Positions 39,201 to 52,700 of a DNA stretch of 64,000 nt are shown piece after piece (within the stretch, counting starts at the first letter, position 1; every line of letters begins with the position of its first letter). The translations under genes were made by a program, and so were the position numbers. The notes below the pieces were generated by a model. It saw only the letters and a program-made list of their open reading frames with translations, was not told the origin of the DNA and made no database searches. The stretch spans positions 2,826,760 through 2,890,759 of the forward strand of contig CM082576.2 of assembly GCA_040954595.2 (NCBI GenBank). The letters are read 5' to 3'. Source of the stretch: Balanoglossus misakiensis (lineage: Eukaryota; Animalia; Hemichordata).

Positions 39201-40455
39201 ATACACAGACGCCGTTTTAAATTGCATTATGACCGCCATGTTTTATAGCATTTAAAAAGTATTGCTTTGTTCTCCTCCCCATCGCTCGTAACCACGCCAA
39301 CGGCAACTGCAGCTTTTCTTGTTCGGGAACCATCTGATGTTTGTAGAATTACTAGACATAAAACCAACTATAAGGAGTTTTTAGTAGGCGATATGAGACC
39401 TGTGTATAATACGCTTGATATATCAGAGATTTTCACTGAACAGTTTCATTGCATTCATAAACGTGACATCCAGTTGAAGTGGTTCTGGCTGTATGTTGAT
39501 GAGTGTTATAACTTGGAATCTAGGAATTATCGAGACGAGTCTATTGTGAGCACAGGGATTTTATGCATGGAATTTAAGGGGCAAGGTGAAGACTTCGAAA
39601 TCTACTTTAAGTTCCGTGTCAAGCTAATCTGCAGAATGATAAAGGTGAACTCGAACAACAGGGATGGAATACTTTCAATTAATTCATTACGGAATTATTA
39701 TACACAAACGTCTCAAAACACATTTTTGACATATTTTGACCTTGAAGCAGTGATGTCAAGGTCAGATATCAATTTGTCGTTTTCGAAGGTTTGATGGAAG
39801 CCAGGTTGATTTATGAAAGTTTTAATGGATTCCTGAAATCTGGTTGATTACGTCTTACAGGAGAGCTTATTCCAATGTATGAATTATTCATGTGATTGAT
39901 CACTGCAGTCTCTGTCAGGTTTTACGATTACACTAAAATTTATTTCAGGATTTCTTTTCCAAAGCTTAGAATAAGGATGCGGCGAGACACTTACATTGTT
40001 TTTTTTCTCTGTTTACCACTAACCGTCACCGCGAATGGCCAGGTTGGAAATAAATAGGCGTATAGATCGTGACACACTTTCGAGGTTCGCCCCACTTTGT
40101 TTGTGCCGATATTAAACGCGGCTTTAATTTTACCCAGTCTGGGACCACAGAACAAATATTCGTCTGATTGATGGAGCAAGCAATGGCCACGTACGAGCAA
40201 GCGCTGAATCGGTTTGCGAACATGAGCATGCATTAAGTCGAGATTAGTAAACCAAATATCGTCGTACGGCGCAGATGAAATCGAATTAATGACAGAAGCA
40301 AATTCATCTAAAACCAGCGACCATGCATTAAGCGTCTGGATTTATGTCTTCATCGAGCAAACCGACGGGCATGGAGTCTGACGGATTTATCAGTCGTGCA
40401 AATGAAGGATAGAAAGAGACTGAAAAAAGTAATATGTATTTTAATATTGATTAAT

Positions 40456-40517
40456 GAGAGAGAGACAGAGAGACATAGACAGACAGACAGACGCAGACAA
40501 AGACAAAGACAGACAGA
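40456..40517 (+). repeat. (GA)n/(GACA)n tract
   Basis: Read directly. Confidence 0.85.
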
Positions 40518-43500
40518 AGAAAAGAAGGCTTATTACAATAGAAACACAACCAAACACTATAGTCACATATCAAAACTGCACAGTTCGCGGGCAAACGAAG
40601 AAAAACAAGATGCGAAAAAATACAAGGACACTTTTGACGTCTTCGTCACAGAAATATCTAGACGTAATCAGCATTAGTCGCGGTGATAGAAACTTTTAAT
40701 TTTGCGACGTGTAAGCCAAATCGAGGCAGACTCATTCGCATTTATTTCTACTTCATTATGAATGCACGGCCGAAGTGTTTCTATAAATTGTATTTTCATG
40801 GCGCCTTTCTGACATTTCTGACAATTCAAAACTTGGCACCAAAATAACATTACCGGGAGACATACAAATCAAACATGGCCGACGAACAGGCTGGTGTTGT
40901 TTTCGAATTTCAATTTCCTACTTTATCAAATGAAGTGTAGTCTTGGCAGATTAGTTCAGGTGTAAGAGGCAATTCACATCCGGATGACGTATTAATAAAT
41001 GTATTTGAGACGTGCATGGGATATGAGAAATCAATTTGTTTTCCAAAGTATTGCGTAAATAATTGCTGCATCGTGAACCGTGCGATCCAAGCCTATAGAC
41101 TTTTCGAGGAACGGACAAGTCTGATAATCATGCAGATTCACAAAGGGAACCCTCTTAATAATTTTAAGCAGGTGTATTTTTGATGAGTTGTATATAGCAC
41201 ACTGAAATTCCGAGGAAGATTATTGAACTTCCGGATTAACAAAACATGTAACTTGACCTTAAAGTTTGTGCTAACGAGATTCTCAACTTTGGATTTATGA
41301 AGAGATGTAGCACTTTCATAACCTTTAATAGAATACCCCTCCATCCGAAGACAATTTAGAAATCGCAAAGTAAGAAATAACAAAGACAAAACAATGCCAG
41401 TTTTTCTCATTGGGATTGCGTTCACTGCAAAATGAGCGAGGCTCTAGATGATATTGTTTTACCGTTGTTAATGATGTTTTTTCAATAAATCAAAATCAGA
41501 AGAAAAGAAAAAAAAACGCAAGTTAGAAAATGAAACAAATTATCTTTGACTGTATGTAACCTGGCACGTTTACATAAGCTTCTATGCACGGACTTCATTT
41601 CCGTTTTATTACGGCGATTTCATCAGTGAAGTTTTACCGATATATTTAATAAATGAGTACATTAAAATCAAATATTAATAGAAACGGACCAGACGGAACA
41701 AACATGTAATTGCATAAGAAAATGTCTTTACTTGATATAGAAAATGAAGTCAACGTTAACACGTCTTGGAATTGGTTCTAGACATAGGAAAGTTGTCAAT
41801 TATCGTAATTGCTTTGCTATCTGTTTGACTGTATTATTCCTCTGTTGTCAAGCCCGGACTAATTAAGGACAGTCGTCATCTCTTTTGATAAACGTCTTAA
41901 TTCCCGCTGAGGGTCAGACGGGGCAATTTGCTGCCAAATGAGCAAAGTGCAAGCTGGTCATTGTCTAAATGATTAAAGCCTAATTTGTGAAGGAGGAAAT
42001 GCTAGTCACTCAAACGTACTTTGCGAAAATGTGACAGTGCTGCAGTGAAGTAGTATGCGTGAATGTTTGTTTTTCTGAGACACCAACTGAATGCAAGACA
42101 TGTTCATAAGCGTTCACTAGACGTTGAAACCTTTAATTCTTAGTAGCCATACTCAGTGATTGTAAAATCTTTCAATACTGTTTACCTATATCAATGTCCC
42201 ATTGAAGATCTTAAATTCCATTCGGCGATATTTCGAAATGTTATTACCCCCTCTCAGTTTTAGACTCGCTTTATAAAAGTGACAGAGTTGAGTGAAATTC
42301 GATTACAGGGGCTTTGTATTCAAATTCAAATTCCGAGAGTTTTCATGCTCTCCTCAGTGCGTTGTGAATCGGTTGTGTGTAGTAATTTGATTAGCGTGAG
42401 CCGGCTGAATGCGATAGCCACGTTAAGTCTCTCAATTACTACAGAATGTTCCACATTAAAAAGCGCGTGTCACATTCTTTCAGTCAGTCTGCCAGGTATT
42501 CAAACAACACTTACACTCTTCATAGTTATACAGAATTCATTCGCCTTTCTTGGCAAGCATTAAAACCAAATATAGCACAAAGGTAAGCAGCCAAATGGAG
42601 CAAAACGAGGGTGGTGTTTATGCTACTTCTTCCTGTGAACGCACGCAATTATAATATTACGATTTTTTTTTCAGCGAGTATTTTTCCGTTTCCATCCTCA
42701 ATTGCACATAATGCAACATGGTTCACCGTGAGAAACCTCAATGAATTTCATTACAAAGAGAAGTGGGTCAGTCCAATATTCGCCCTAGAAACACAATATC
42801 GATCATTAAAAAGGGACAGAACACGGATAATTAATGGCGGCCAAGTTTGGGCAAGATGGCATAAAACGTTCAGGCGAAATTAAAAGAAAAACACTGAAAA
42901 TCGATTAACTGTCCTATATATGATTCGAGAAACACGCCCTTCAAATTGAGAACTCTATGCCATTTACTACTAGTAGTGAAATCTCCATAAATTACTATAT
43001 TGTCTAGCATCCTCCAATGGCGCACTCTTTAGAATAACCGCTTGCATATGCACGACTTACCCAAGAGTATTCTGCTTACACGTGAAACCACACATGAGAT
43101 AATAACTTGCGATGTCGACTCATGATACAGTCTTTCAGTGAATGTGATATGGGGGACCTTATACCGCGAAAGTTACCTACGCTACGGTACCGTAGTGCGT
43201 AGAGGTGCTTACTGCAGGGGACAAATGTCCACTCCATCTAGAAACTGCACCACATTGTGAATTGCAGGTTGCACGTAGGAGGCGATCTTTTGCGCTTTTT
43301 GAACACTGGCAATTAAAATCCCGGCATAATGATTCTCAGGGTACGGTCATCTCTTAATTCAAAAACAGATAGGACTCATCGGAAGATGCACGTGTAACTG
43401 GCTGGGCTAATTGATCGGATATACCGCCACTTTATGTCCATATACGACGATGATAGAAATTGTTATCTACGTGTTTGTTTCCCAGTGTCACGCTTTTCAC

Positions 43501-46500
43501 TTAGTCGTATAAACCCTTTGAAGATAGCGATGCGCCGCCATTTTATCCAGGCGATGTGCTTTTCGGAGTTCTATGAAGGGGGATGCATCGTTATTGATAA
43601 TGAGATAATGCGTCCCATTAGCGTTATCTGTCGAAAGGTGGTGATAATCATACGTTACGCTAATTGCCGATGGATTGACGTTGAAGTACACCGACTTGCA
43701 CAAATTCTGTATTTTATGAGAAGGGTGCGATAAACCCACGCTACTGACGACCATTTTACAAAAAAACCGATACTATTCTAGCTTTTCATAGTTCCTGCCC
43801 TTGTCTATCATGATATTTTGTATTCCTGAACTGAATACCAAACCTGTAGACACTTTCCCGGTATTATAAAGAAAATTTTGAGCGGTGTCTTGCACCACTG
43901 TCGAAGTTCTGCAAGTCAGTCAGTCAGTCAGTTAGATTCCCGTTGCAAATGCAAGATGGAATTCCTTCTTAATTCCCCCGTTTGCATGATAATTGGTTTC
44001 TGTACTTTGAAGGCATTTTGAGTCTGATCTGACTTTTATCAGCCAGGCTCAGCTAAACTCCAGCTGTATGTTCAGCTATAGCACCGGCCTAATCTGTGGC
44101 CGCAGGCTCTTCGCTTTCCTTTCTAGGCTCTGTGAAGATTAAGTCGGCCTCGCAAAAAAAAAAAAACCCTCCGACAATCACCATCACTTAATATCAACGT
44201 CTGGCCAAGTAACGAGGATAAGTAACGTCCGACTTTATATCTATCACTCGATATTAGATGGGGGACTGATTGCCGATCAAATCAAGACGAAAGATGATTG
44301 TTTTAAAGATAGTAAAAAGACTTCGAAGACAGGTCCCTGGCGAGGTCACTGAGAATGCATGACTGATAACAAATGAGACGAAGAGACCGTTTTTTGATTT
44401 ACGCTCGCTATTTAAATGCCATAGATAAATACATGCATGGATGCCATTAACGTGATTGATCCGGCGCAGAACAGACTTTGTCAGGGAGAAGGACTCTTTC
44501 AAGCAACGTCCTCCCATCTCCAAGTAATCATAAACAGAAATGGATTTGAACGCCTTGTTAACCTTTATTAACCCGGATTTAAGCAGGGTCGTCTCGCTAG
44601 CCTAAGGCTGACGTCACCGTTTGATCGTAACGGCGCATGATCAAGATTAGATTAACGAGACACGGCAACAGTCATCCTACCGAAGTTCTATCAATTCGGG
44701 ATAATTGCAAAGTCTGCGATGAACGTATGACCAATTTTATGTTTTTTTGCTGATCGCAAGAGACTGTGCTGATGGGGCAATTAATGCCAACTTAGAGACA
44801 ATAAACGCCTCTGTTGTAGACGCTCGCACTTTAAAACCATCTTGAATCATCCATTTCACTAAAACCAATATTCTTTTGGCATACTTGTAGCTATTAAAGT
44901 CACTTTGTGCTTCAAGTATGTTAACACCAGTTGTTTTCCGTCAAATACAGCGCCCCTCCCACATTTATGATAAAAAATTAATATGTTCAATAATATTAAT
45001 CAAATGTTATTTGCGCATTTTATTCTATCTTACCACACTGAGGCGAATCTTTTGGACATACGGGCATGTCAATATATCTAAATCTAACATTCACTTATGC
45101 ATTTTATGAACTGTTCTCAAATTGAAATTTATGGACTGTTTGTTAGAGAAAATTATAGTGGTGCATTTCGTTTTAATATTTCTACTCGATCCTTGTTTCG
45201 TTGTAAATGTAGATACCATGGTTCAGTTGTTCAATCGATGATTTTTTCTTGGAAAATCAATTTCACCGTGAAAACTCTTGGATTATGTACTATGAATAAA
45301 ACCAATTTGTTCAGAGATTTCCAATCGTTATATTCAAAACGGCAATAAGAGGTAAAAAGGCGACGTGGCTGTTCTTAATTTAGATAGCGGCACACATGTT
45401 CCAGTGATAAGATGAGGACAAAACAGACTGAAAGAATACATATACAATCGGGATTCTGGTTTTCGATGCGGCCATTAACATCGATTTTCAGACTTGTACT
45501 CGTACACATGACCTCAAGCCACGTCGCACCCATACCTCCTTTCACTAATATGATTGAATGTAGAAAATAATTCATTTTGTTAAAAACTTACGTTTACAAT
45601 CGTTCTCCGTGAAAATTTAAAGACAAATAAGAACATTACAACTTTGTGCTTTATGTTGCCTTTTTATATTTTGATTTTCATAACACTCTTTTTGACGACC
45701 CCTACGGTGGTTGAAACCCACGACTATATACAAAGGACTTCGTAGATTACCATATGAACTATGTACCACGCGACCTAATTTCTATCCAACCGGCTGCTAG
45801 TGTAATACTCACGATACCTCTAGGCTGTATAGTTGGCACCGGAACTTCTCAAAATACATTTAAAATAATTTTTATTAGTTCGTTTATCGGGAGTAGATTT
45901 TTCTACCAATGTGAACCTCTCACCACCGCCACAAAATCAATCTAAATCATCCTTCAAACATTTTCTTCAGCAATTTCCGTCATGGGACATAATGACTTGA
46001 AAGGCAAGCGACATGATTTCCAAGTGATAACAAAGCTTTCCCCCAGCCTTCCTGCATCGTGGGCTTTACTTGTTTCTCTTTAGAACAAAATGCATACACA
46101 TAAACATCTGGCAAAATGACCGATCATAATGACAAAGTGTTACATGGTGACTTGTTATACATGATGTACATGTACGGCTGAGTGTGGTTTTCATTATAAA
46201 ATGCACCACGCGTTCAATATTTTGGTAAACACGTCAATATACAGCAATGAAAGTAAACAAGGCGGTAATATTGCTTGTCTCACACACGGGGGAATGAAAT
46301 TATTGATAATCCTCCAATTCCAAATGTCACGTTTTATGATGTCATGTTTCCTCATGCATTAACACAAGAATAGACATATAAATGTCATACACACAGCTTT
46401 CTTTTTTTCTATTTCTCATAGACGATCCAGATTTAATAATCCTGCAGAGATACTAAAGAGTTGTACCCATGACGTCGACAACATCCAATTAGGGTACGCG

Positions 46501-46959
46501 CTTGCGGTCTCCCATGATATGTTCAATACTGGGTCAATATCGCCAGATTGTTCTGACGTAGGTATGGCCAACTAACTATGGTGTTTATAACGAGTAAGCC
46601 ATGTGTGTGCCTTTATTGATAATATCGGGCATTGCTTTCACTTGACAATACAACGCTGCTGATAACACTGTATTTATTACCTGCTGGGGATTTTACTGCG
46701 AGTGACTTGTTAGTGAACTTGGCATCACCAAGACCTCTGCATATAGACTATAGTATCTTCATCTATTAAGCGTGACATGTCCATGACTAATTTTAACATC
46801 ACAATGGTCTCAGGATGGTTATGAAAGTTATATTCTATTAACAAAATTGACCAAATACGACCAGACTGTAAGACGACAAATGAAATAAAAAAGTCCCTCA
46901 TCAGCAGTATTCACATATCGTATACAGTTCAGCTGACCTTAACGAATCCTACCTTACAG

Positions 46960-47156
46960 GAGTGGAATAGAACGACGTGCTTTTCTCGCGATGTTTTGAA
47001 GATCTGCAAAAATAATGAGACCCAGAGCGGAGATCGTTGGCCAGCTTCTTGGAATCAGGGACGTCTAAAGTCATGATGGTGTTTTTGCGATTCTCAAAGA
47101 GGACCCACATCATGTAATTTGCCAAGGGAGCCTCGATATTTCCCAAGGTGCTGAAG
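46960..47156 (+). other. Candidate non-coding plus-strand exon (197 nt)
   Basis: Acceptor cctaccttacag|G and consensus donor AAG|gtaagt; stops in all three frames. Confidence 0.35.
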
Positions 47157-47806
47157 GTAAGTTGCAAAAATAAAATAAAACACACTCTTATTTTTCCTCG
47201 GAGCTGTTTTCCTGTCTTCTTTTCGAAAATCATTCATGTATCACGAATTCATTACATTTAAATCCACAAGCGGGTATATGTGTGTTTGTGGGTGATTTGA
47301 GAATTAATTTGAAAGGCTAAGTGAAGATAGACAGCTATAGAGTGCCTGACTCGACTCGAGCAAGTCGTCCCCGATATAATAAGGGAGATTTCAGTTTTTA
47401 TGGGAAGGTGTGGGCCCGTGTTTCAGCTCGTCTAATGCATGTCTCAAACTATTTTGTGAACGGGTATGTTCTGTGTGGTTTATGACGTAATCGATGAGCC
47501 GTTTGCTGCAGTCAGTTGTGGGGAAAGCAGTGACTGATGAGCAGACAACCGGATGTAAGTTGCCCCAGTACGTGTACACGTGTCCATCAAAACAACAGTG
47601 TGGCATTAATCAAGGTGGAACAGTGACCTTTTTTCAAACTTTGCCTCTGGCAACAAAACAGGCCGTTCATGCAAAGACTACACCGTACACGCAAATTAAG
47701 GTTGTCTATGAGGCTGCAGCACGTCTGTGATTAAGGCAAATCGACAGCGGATGCGCCAGGGCTGAGATATGTGTAAGGCGTTTGTTTATGGTAGTTTGGT
47801 GCGAGG

Positions 47807-47820
47807 ACGCCCTCTGCTGG
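47807..47820 (-). promoter_or_regulatory. CTCF-like site CCAGCAGAGGGCGT
   Basis: Close match to the CTCF core consensus. Confidence 0.45.
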
Positions 47821-49009
47821 AAAACTTGGAGTATTCTCGTGGTTTCCGTTGCACTTGTGTTCATTCGTAACTGCCACTGCCTTGCAAATTTCACTTTGAA
47901 CGTTTTTATACGACTACGCGCTGTTGACATTACTCTCACCAGATGCCTGTTTAAACCAATTTTTTTTCTGTGAAATGAGAGAGACAAAGAGACGGAGAGA
48001 GAGAGACATACAGAGAGAGATTATTTTGTATTGGCCGTCTGCAAATCTTTTCTGTACTAAACGGAATTATCATACTATTAGATGTTGCGCATTTAATACT
48101 TAATGATCGACATTAATACAGAAAACCTGCTATTTGCTATGGTAACAAGACTGCAATTCGTACAATTAGTCGGGGTATATCATACGTTTGATATAATGGC
48201 AATAAATTAAGCTAATAAAATAGGAAAATCTGAACGCCGACCAATACATGTAAATCAAACTATAAAATAAAATGTACAATTTGACTAGGCGGGCGATAAT
48301 ACTAATCCTTTTTATATTGTGTATAGATGTCTTTTAGCTATTTTAAACATTCCACTTTTGGTAGTGGTGGTGTTAGGGGCAGTGTATATTTTGGGGAAGA
48401 TTTTTGGGAAGACAAAATGGTAGCACCAACGTGCCTAAATTCGTGCAAATTAGCTACCGATGATTCACTGTATTGGAGTGGGGTTGGGGAGGGGGGTCAG
48501 TTTGGTCTGGGGCAACATTTCTACATACAAAATTAAATTCAATGACTAAATTTTAATTTGAAGTTGGATATTACTTTTGGGGGAAATTCCAAACGGATAA
48601 TCTTGAGTGAAGAGACGATGCGGATATAATCGCCGCCGTTTTTCAATTTCTAATAATTGACGTAATATCAACTTTATCGGACCCGTCTCAGCTGACTCAA
48701 CATCGTTTCCTTTCATGCAATTCAGTTCAATTCATCAGTGCTACACGCACTTAATTCAAAATACCGAGAAGCGGAATAGAAATTCAACTGAATTCAACTG
48801 CTCGCGGGAAGATAAAGCACTCGCGTGGACTCGGGTTCGACATTTTCTCGAGGTTGACACATTTACGCGTCACGGATCTGAACATGCAGGGTACCAGATG
48901 TATAGTACAGATATTGCAGTGACATTCCGAGCAACTAAATTTATAAATGAAGGTTCATCACTTGATTAGATTTCATGAATGTTTCCGCCATTGCGACTTG
49001 ATTTGATTT

Positions 49010-49156
49010 TTTCAGTGTTTTTTTTTTTTTTTTTTTCCTTGTTGTATTCATTCTCATTTTGCCTTTGAGGGCTCTGTTGTATATTACAATTCTACTTTGT
49101 AACACAGACTACCCTCTTTAAATAAAGCATAATAATAATAATAATAATAATAATAA
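49010..49156 (+). mobile_element. 5'-truncated 3' end of a non-LTR retrotransposon (L2/CR1-like tail)
   Basis: T-rich stretch, then a stem-loop GAGGGCTCTGT...ACAGACTACCCTC (49067-49116) with inner TTACAA/TTGTAA pairing, then AATAAA (49121-49126) and an (AAT)n tail (49129-49156). This is the known layout of L2/CR1-clade 3' ends. The 5' boundary is approximate and no TSD is seen. Confidence 0.6.
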
Positions 49157-49369
49157 CTGTCCTGATGGATAGTGCTCGCAGCGCAGGTGTGGGTGACATC
49201 CTCGAGATGCCTCGGAGCATGCGCGTGTAGCAAAGGAGCGGCTGTGCAAATATCGACGTCCCTTGCAGTTAACTCACGGCCTCAAATTAAAAGAAAATAA
49301 GGACGACATCTGCCAAAAGTATCGTACTTGATAAGATATTTTTTCCATGGGAATATTTCTGAGTTTTCC

Positions 49370-49775
49370 TTAAGGATACCTCAAAATCCACACTGCACAA
49401 AACTCCATGCGGCCAGGACAACTGTGGCATCCGTTCCTCAAATTGAATGTTTTATTTATTAGTCCAAAATTTACCACGATAATCTAAAATATTCGTAGTC
49501 TATAATGTGTACGCAGCTTGCACCGTTTCTCTTTTGAAATTCTATTTCCTCAAAACTAGACAAACTAGAGTAAATTGAAATTATGACGACGGGGCATGGA
49601 AAGCTAACTCTTTTTAGCAACACGTGACATCAAGAGGTCCTTGTATCTTGTTTTGCGTGTGTTTTCTTTTTAATGATATGCTGTTTAGAGTTCGTGTTAC
49701 TCTATATCGTTAACAAGATACCCAAGGCAGCTGTTTTGATTCCGTATAGTCTTTAAAACTGAACGCAAACCTTAA
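49370..49775. mobile_element. Possible degenerate TTAA-bounded MITE (~400 bp)
   Basis: TTAAGG (49370) ... CCTTAA (49775); short inverted ends only. Confidence 0.25.
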
Positions 49776-52700
49776 ATAACTTACAGTAAGCGCCATGAAG
49801 TCTAGTTCCTGCATCTCTTGGGTCAGCCCTTCTGGGTTAACTTTGTTCAAATTGATAACATCAGCAATTGAGTATTTTTAGAATTTCTGACAAATGGTTT
49901 AACATGAAATAGGACGTTACATCGTATAGAAAGAAAAGAAAACACGACGCCTTTGTATGGAGTCGGTTCTGGGTGGCTGCGTATATAGTAAGTGGATTAT
50001 GATATCTAAAAGTAAACCCAATGGCAAATGACCCTGACACGTTATCATTGACGATAGTAAGGCGGTGCCTTAATTATTTAGTCCCACATCGTCCGAACGA
50101 CCAGAGTCTCTTTCGTGGCTGTCAGGGCTGTAGAGTGCGGTCACGTCTTTGGAATTAATGGCTTGAGCTAGACATAAAATTGGCCTTAGAGTCCGTCGTG
50201 TTGTATGTACATAGGCACACCACCGCCTTCTTATGGTTAATCCTGCAAAAAGGCACAGTTAAGTATTCAATTACTGTGGTCTTAACTCGGTGAAAATCCC
50301 AGAGGAACGCGATGAATTGATAACATTGTACAGAACCTTTTTAATGGTTGAAGTTACATGAGTAGGTGTGCTCTATTCTGGGAATTATAGAGCGACACGT
50401 AGAAAAACTTAGAGCGACCAAGTTGATATCTTTTTGACAGTATTTGGTTTAGTTTTATGGCACCTGTGATTTCCGTTCACTGAAACGTGCTCCATTGCCA
50501 TTCGTGATAGCTCTACCAATATTTTAAACCTTTTATAGACAGGGGACTTGAAATATGCCACAGTTAACTTTGCTAGAATAATAGCCATTGTCTGAGTTTA
50601 AAGTGAACCCGGCATACTTTTTTGTGAATTTGGAAATTGTGAATCTGATCCGCAAAAGTATAGCGGCCGAAATTCTGAAGAGTTGCAGAAAGTGATCGCC
50701 CAACTCGGCTAACTGTATATGCAAACACGAAATTAGAGGTCACTAAATCGAATAGGGATATACCTACAAAGGGACCACTGGCGAAATGATATAAAGTTTA
50801 TTTCTGCGGATAAAAATTGTACCGGCTAGTCCAAATAAAAATACGTCAATCGTCGAGAGTTACTTATCCTCGATTAAACTGTAGAATCAGCTGCGCATGT
50901 GAACCGTTACAAATGGAAAGCACTTATGTATGTCAGCAGTCCAGCGCGACCCCACGTAAAATGGGCAGGCAGCTGAAACAAGCGCAACTTGGAGTCGCCG
51001 ATAGAAGCAATTTGGCGCAAAGTAAACGCCTTTCCATTCATTTGCCTGTCACTTGACTCGTTGAGATCGCTTTAAGACGAAATGCATGATATGCAAGAAT
51101 GGATGGTCACGTAATGACAAATGGTGGCGGGCGCTGACTGCGGAAATCCCAAATTACCTTTTTGTGCTGTGACGTTTCTGTGTAATATCGATCGGTTTCC
51201 AGAGCAAATTAGTTCAGGCTGCTTTACGAGAAAATAATTTGCCGTTGATTTAAGAGATTTTAAGGGTGGTGCTCGCCGTAGCATGCAGATTTAGTTGAGC
51301 AAACAAGTTTTCGGAATTTCAATGATTTATGTCACAGGAATGAGTTCACGGGAAAGTATGATTTGTGTGTAGACTGCAGTAAAGTATGTGCGCGTGTGTG
51401 TATGGGATAATATTTTTTCTACTCGTTGGGATATTTTGTTTCGCACTTGTCTGTGGTTCATGTTAGACAAAATACCCACAACCCGTCGGAGGAATCTCAT
51501 CCTAAATTTTTGGCTGTAAAATTACATAAATCTCACTTCATCCGAAAAAGAAGACGCGAGCAGCCTAAGAATACTGTATTGTCTTTTTCTGTCGTACGCT
51601 CCTGATTTATCAAAGGCAGGTTTGAAAATTGGGTATCACTTATCGAAATCTTGTAGGCAACATGAAGCCAAAACTGATGGAAAACACGAACTATTTATTC
51701 TCTGGCGAACATGTCATGAAAATAGATGCTGGCAACACAAACAGGTGTGTTTTAATCTGCAATATGACTTTTAATACAATGCCACATTCGAGATGCATCG
51801 CAAAACTTAATTAGATGATCAATCAACTGTCCACTGCAAAATAGGAATCAAACATTTTATCCCAACATTCTCAGAAAACATAAATGATCTGTTGGCAGAT
51901 CTATAACCAAATATTAAATCTGTAAGTGCGCGAATAAGAATAAAGAGTAATCATCCTGCAGTATGCCGTAAGCTTATCTCTTCAAAAGAGAGAGGGAAAA
52001 TTATTTCTTTTAGTCGAAAATACCAGGGTGTCGTAAATCAAATTTTAACAGTGGCAGGAGGCGAAATGCGTCCACTGTATACTGGTTCACATGTACATGT
52101 ACGTGAGACCTGTCGGATCGCGCATGCATGTTGCCTTGCCCGGGGCGGCTAAACTTGCTAATAGTTGTAATGGTGTAACTCGAATCCCAAAAGGTCAGTG
52201 GAAAAGCGCAAAGACTCAGTCAACCCCGTGGCACGAATTAGGGATGAGCCGTGATGATGAACTTGATTCAGCGATTAGCTACTGACCGAGTGCATTGACC
52301 AACTGGTGTTCATTTCCTTTCGCTGCTGTATTAATAAGCTTATCCCGGAGACATGGGCTTGCATACTACGCGCGTTTATCATTATTAAAAGGGAGCTCTT
52401 TGTAAGTCGCAAGCCGTATTCAATGCCGAACATCGGGTTATATTAGATTACCGTTTCTCACCTTGCCCGGGACACAACGCGGTCTTTTTTGTAAAGGCCA
52501 AGCTTAAAAGAAAAGCAACAGTAATACAGGTGAAGGTAGAATTCGATGTCAGATAATTGTAAACGCAAATTCAGTAATAATACGCTAAATCACGCGTTAT
52601 GTTGAATGTTTCGTGACAATATACAAGTTCGAATTGTGGAAATCTTATAAGACTACCTCCAGTTCAACCCGATATTGAAACATTTCAAAATTAGCCCGTG

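Noticed and set aside
39989-40000. Split start codon AT|gtaagt (also at 8649 and ~56788)
   Set aside because: ATGTAAGT occurs about as often on the plus strand (e.g. ~11182, ~14170, ~53089), so it is not evidence on its own.
47135-47156. REST/RE1 site (GGTGCTGAA)
   Set aside because: Only one half-site matches.
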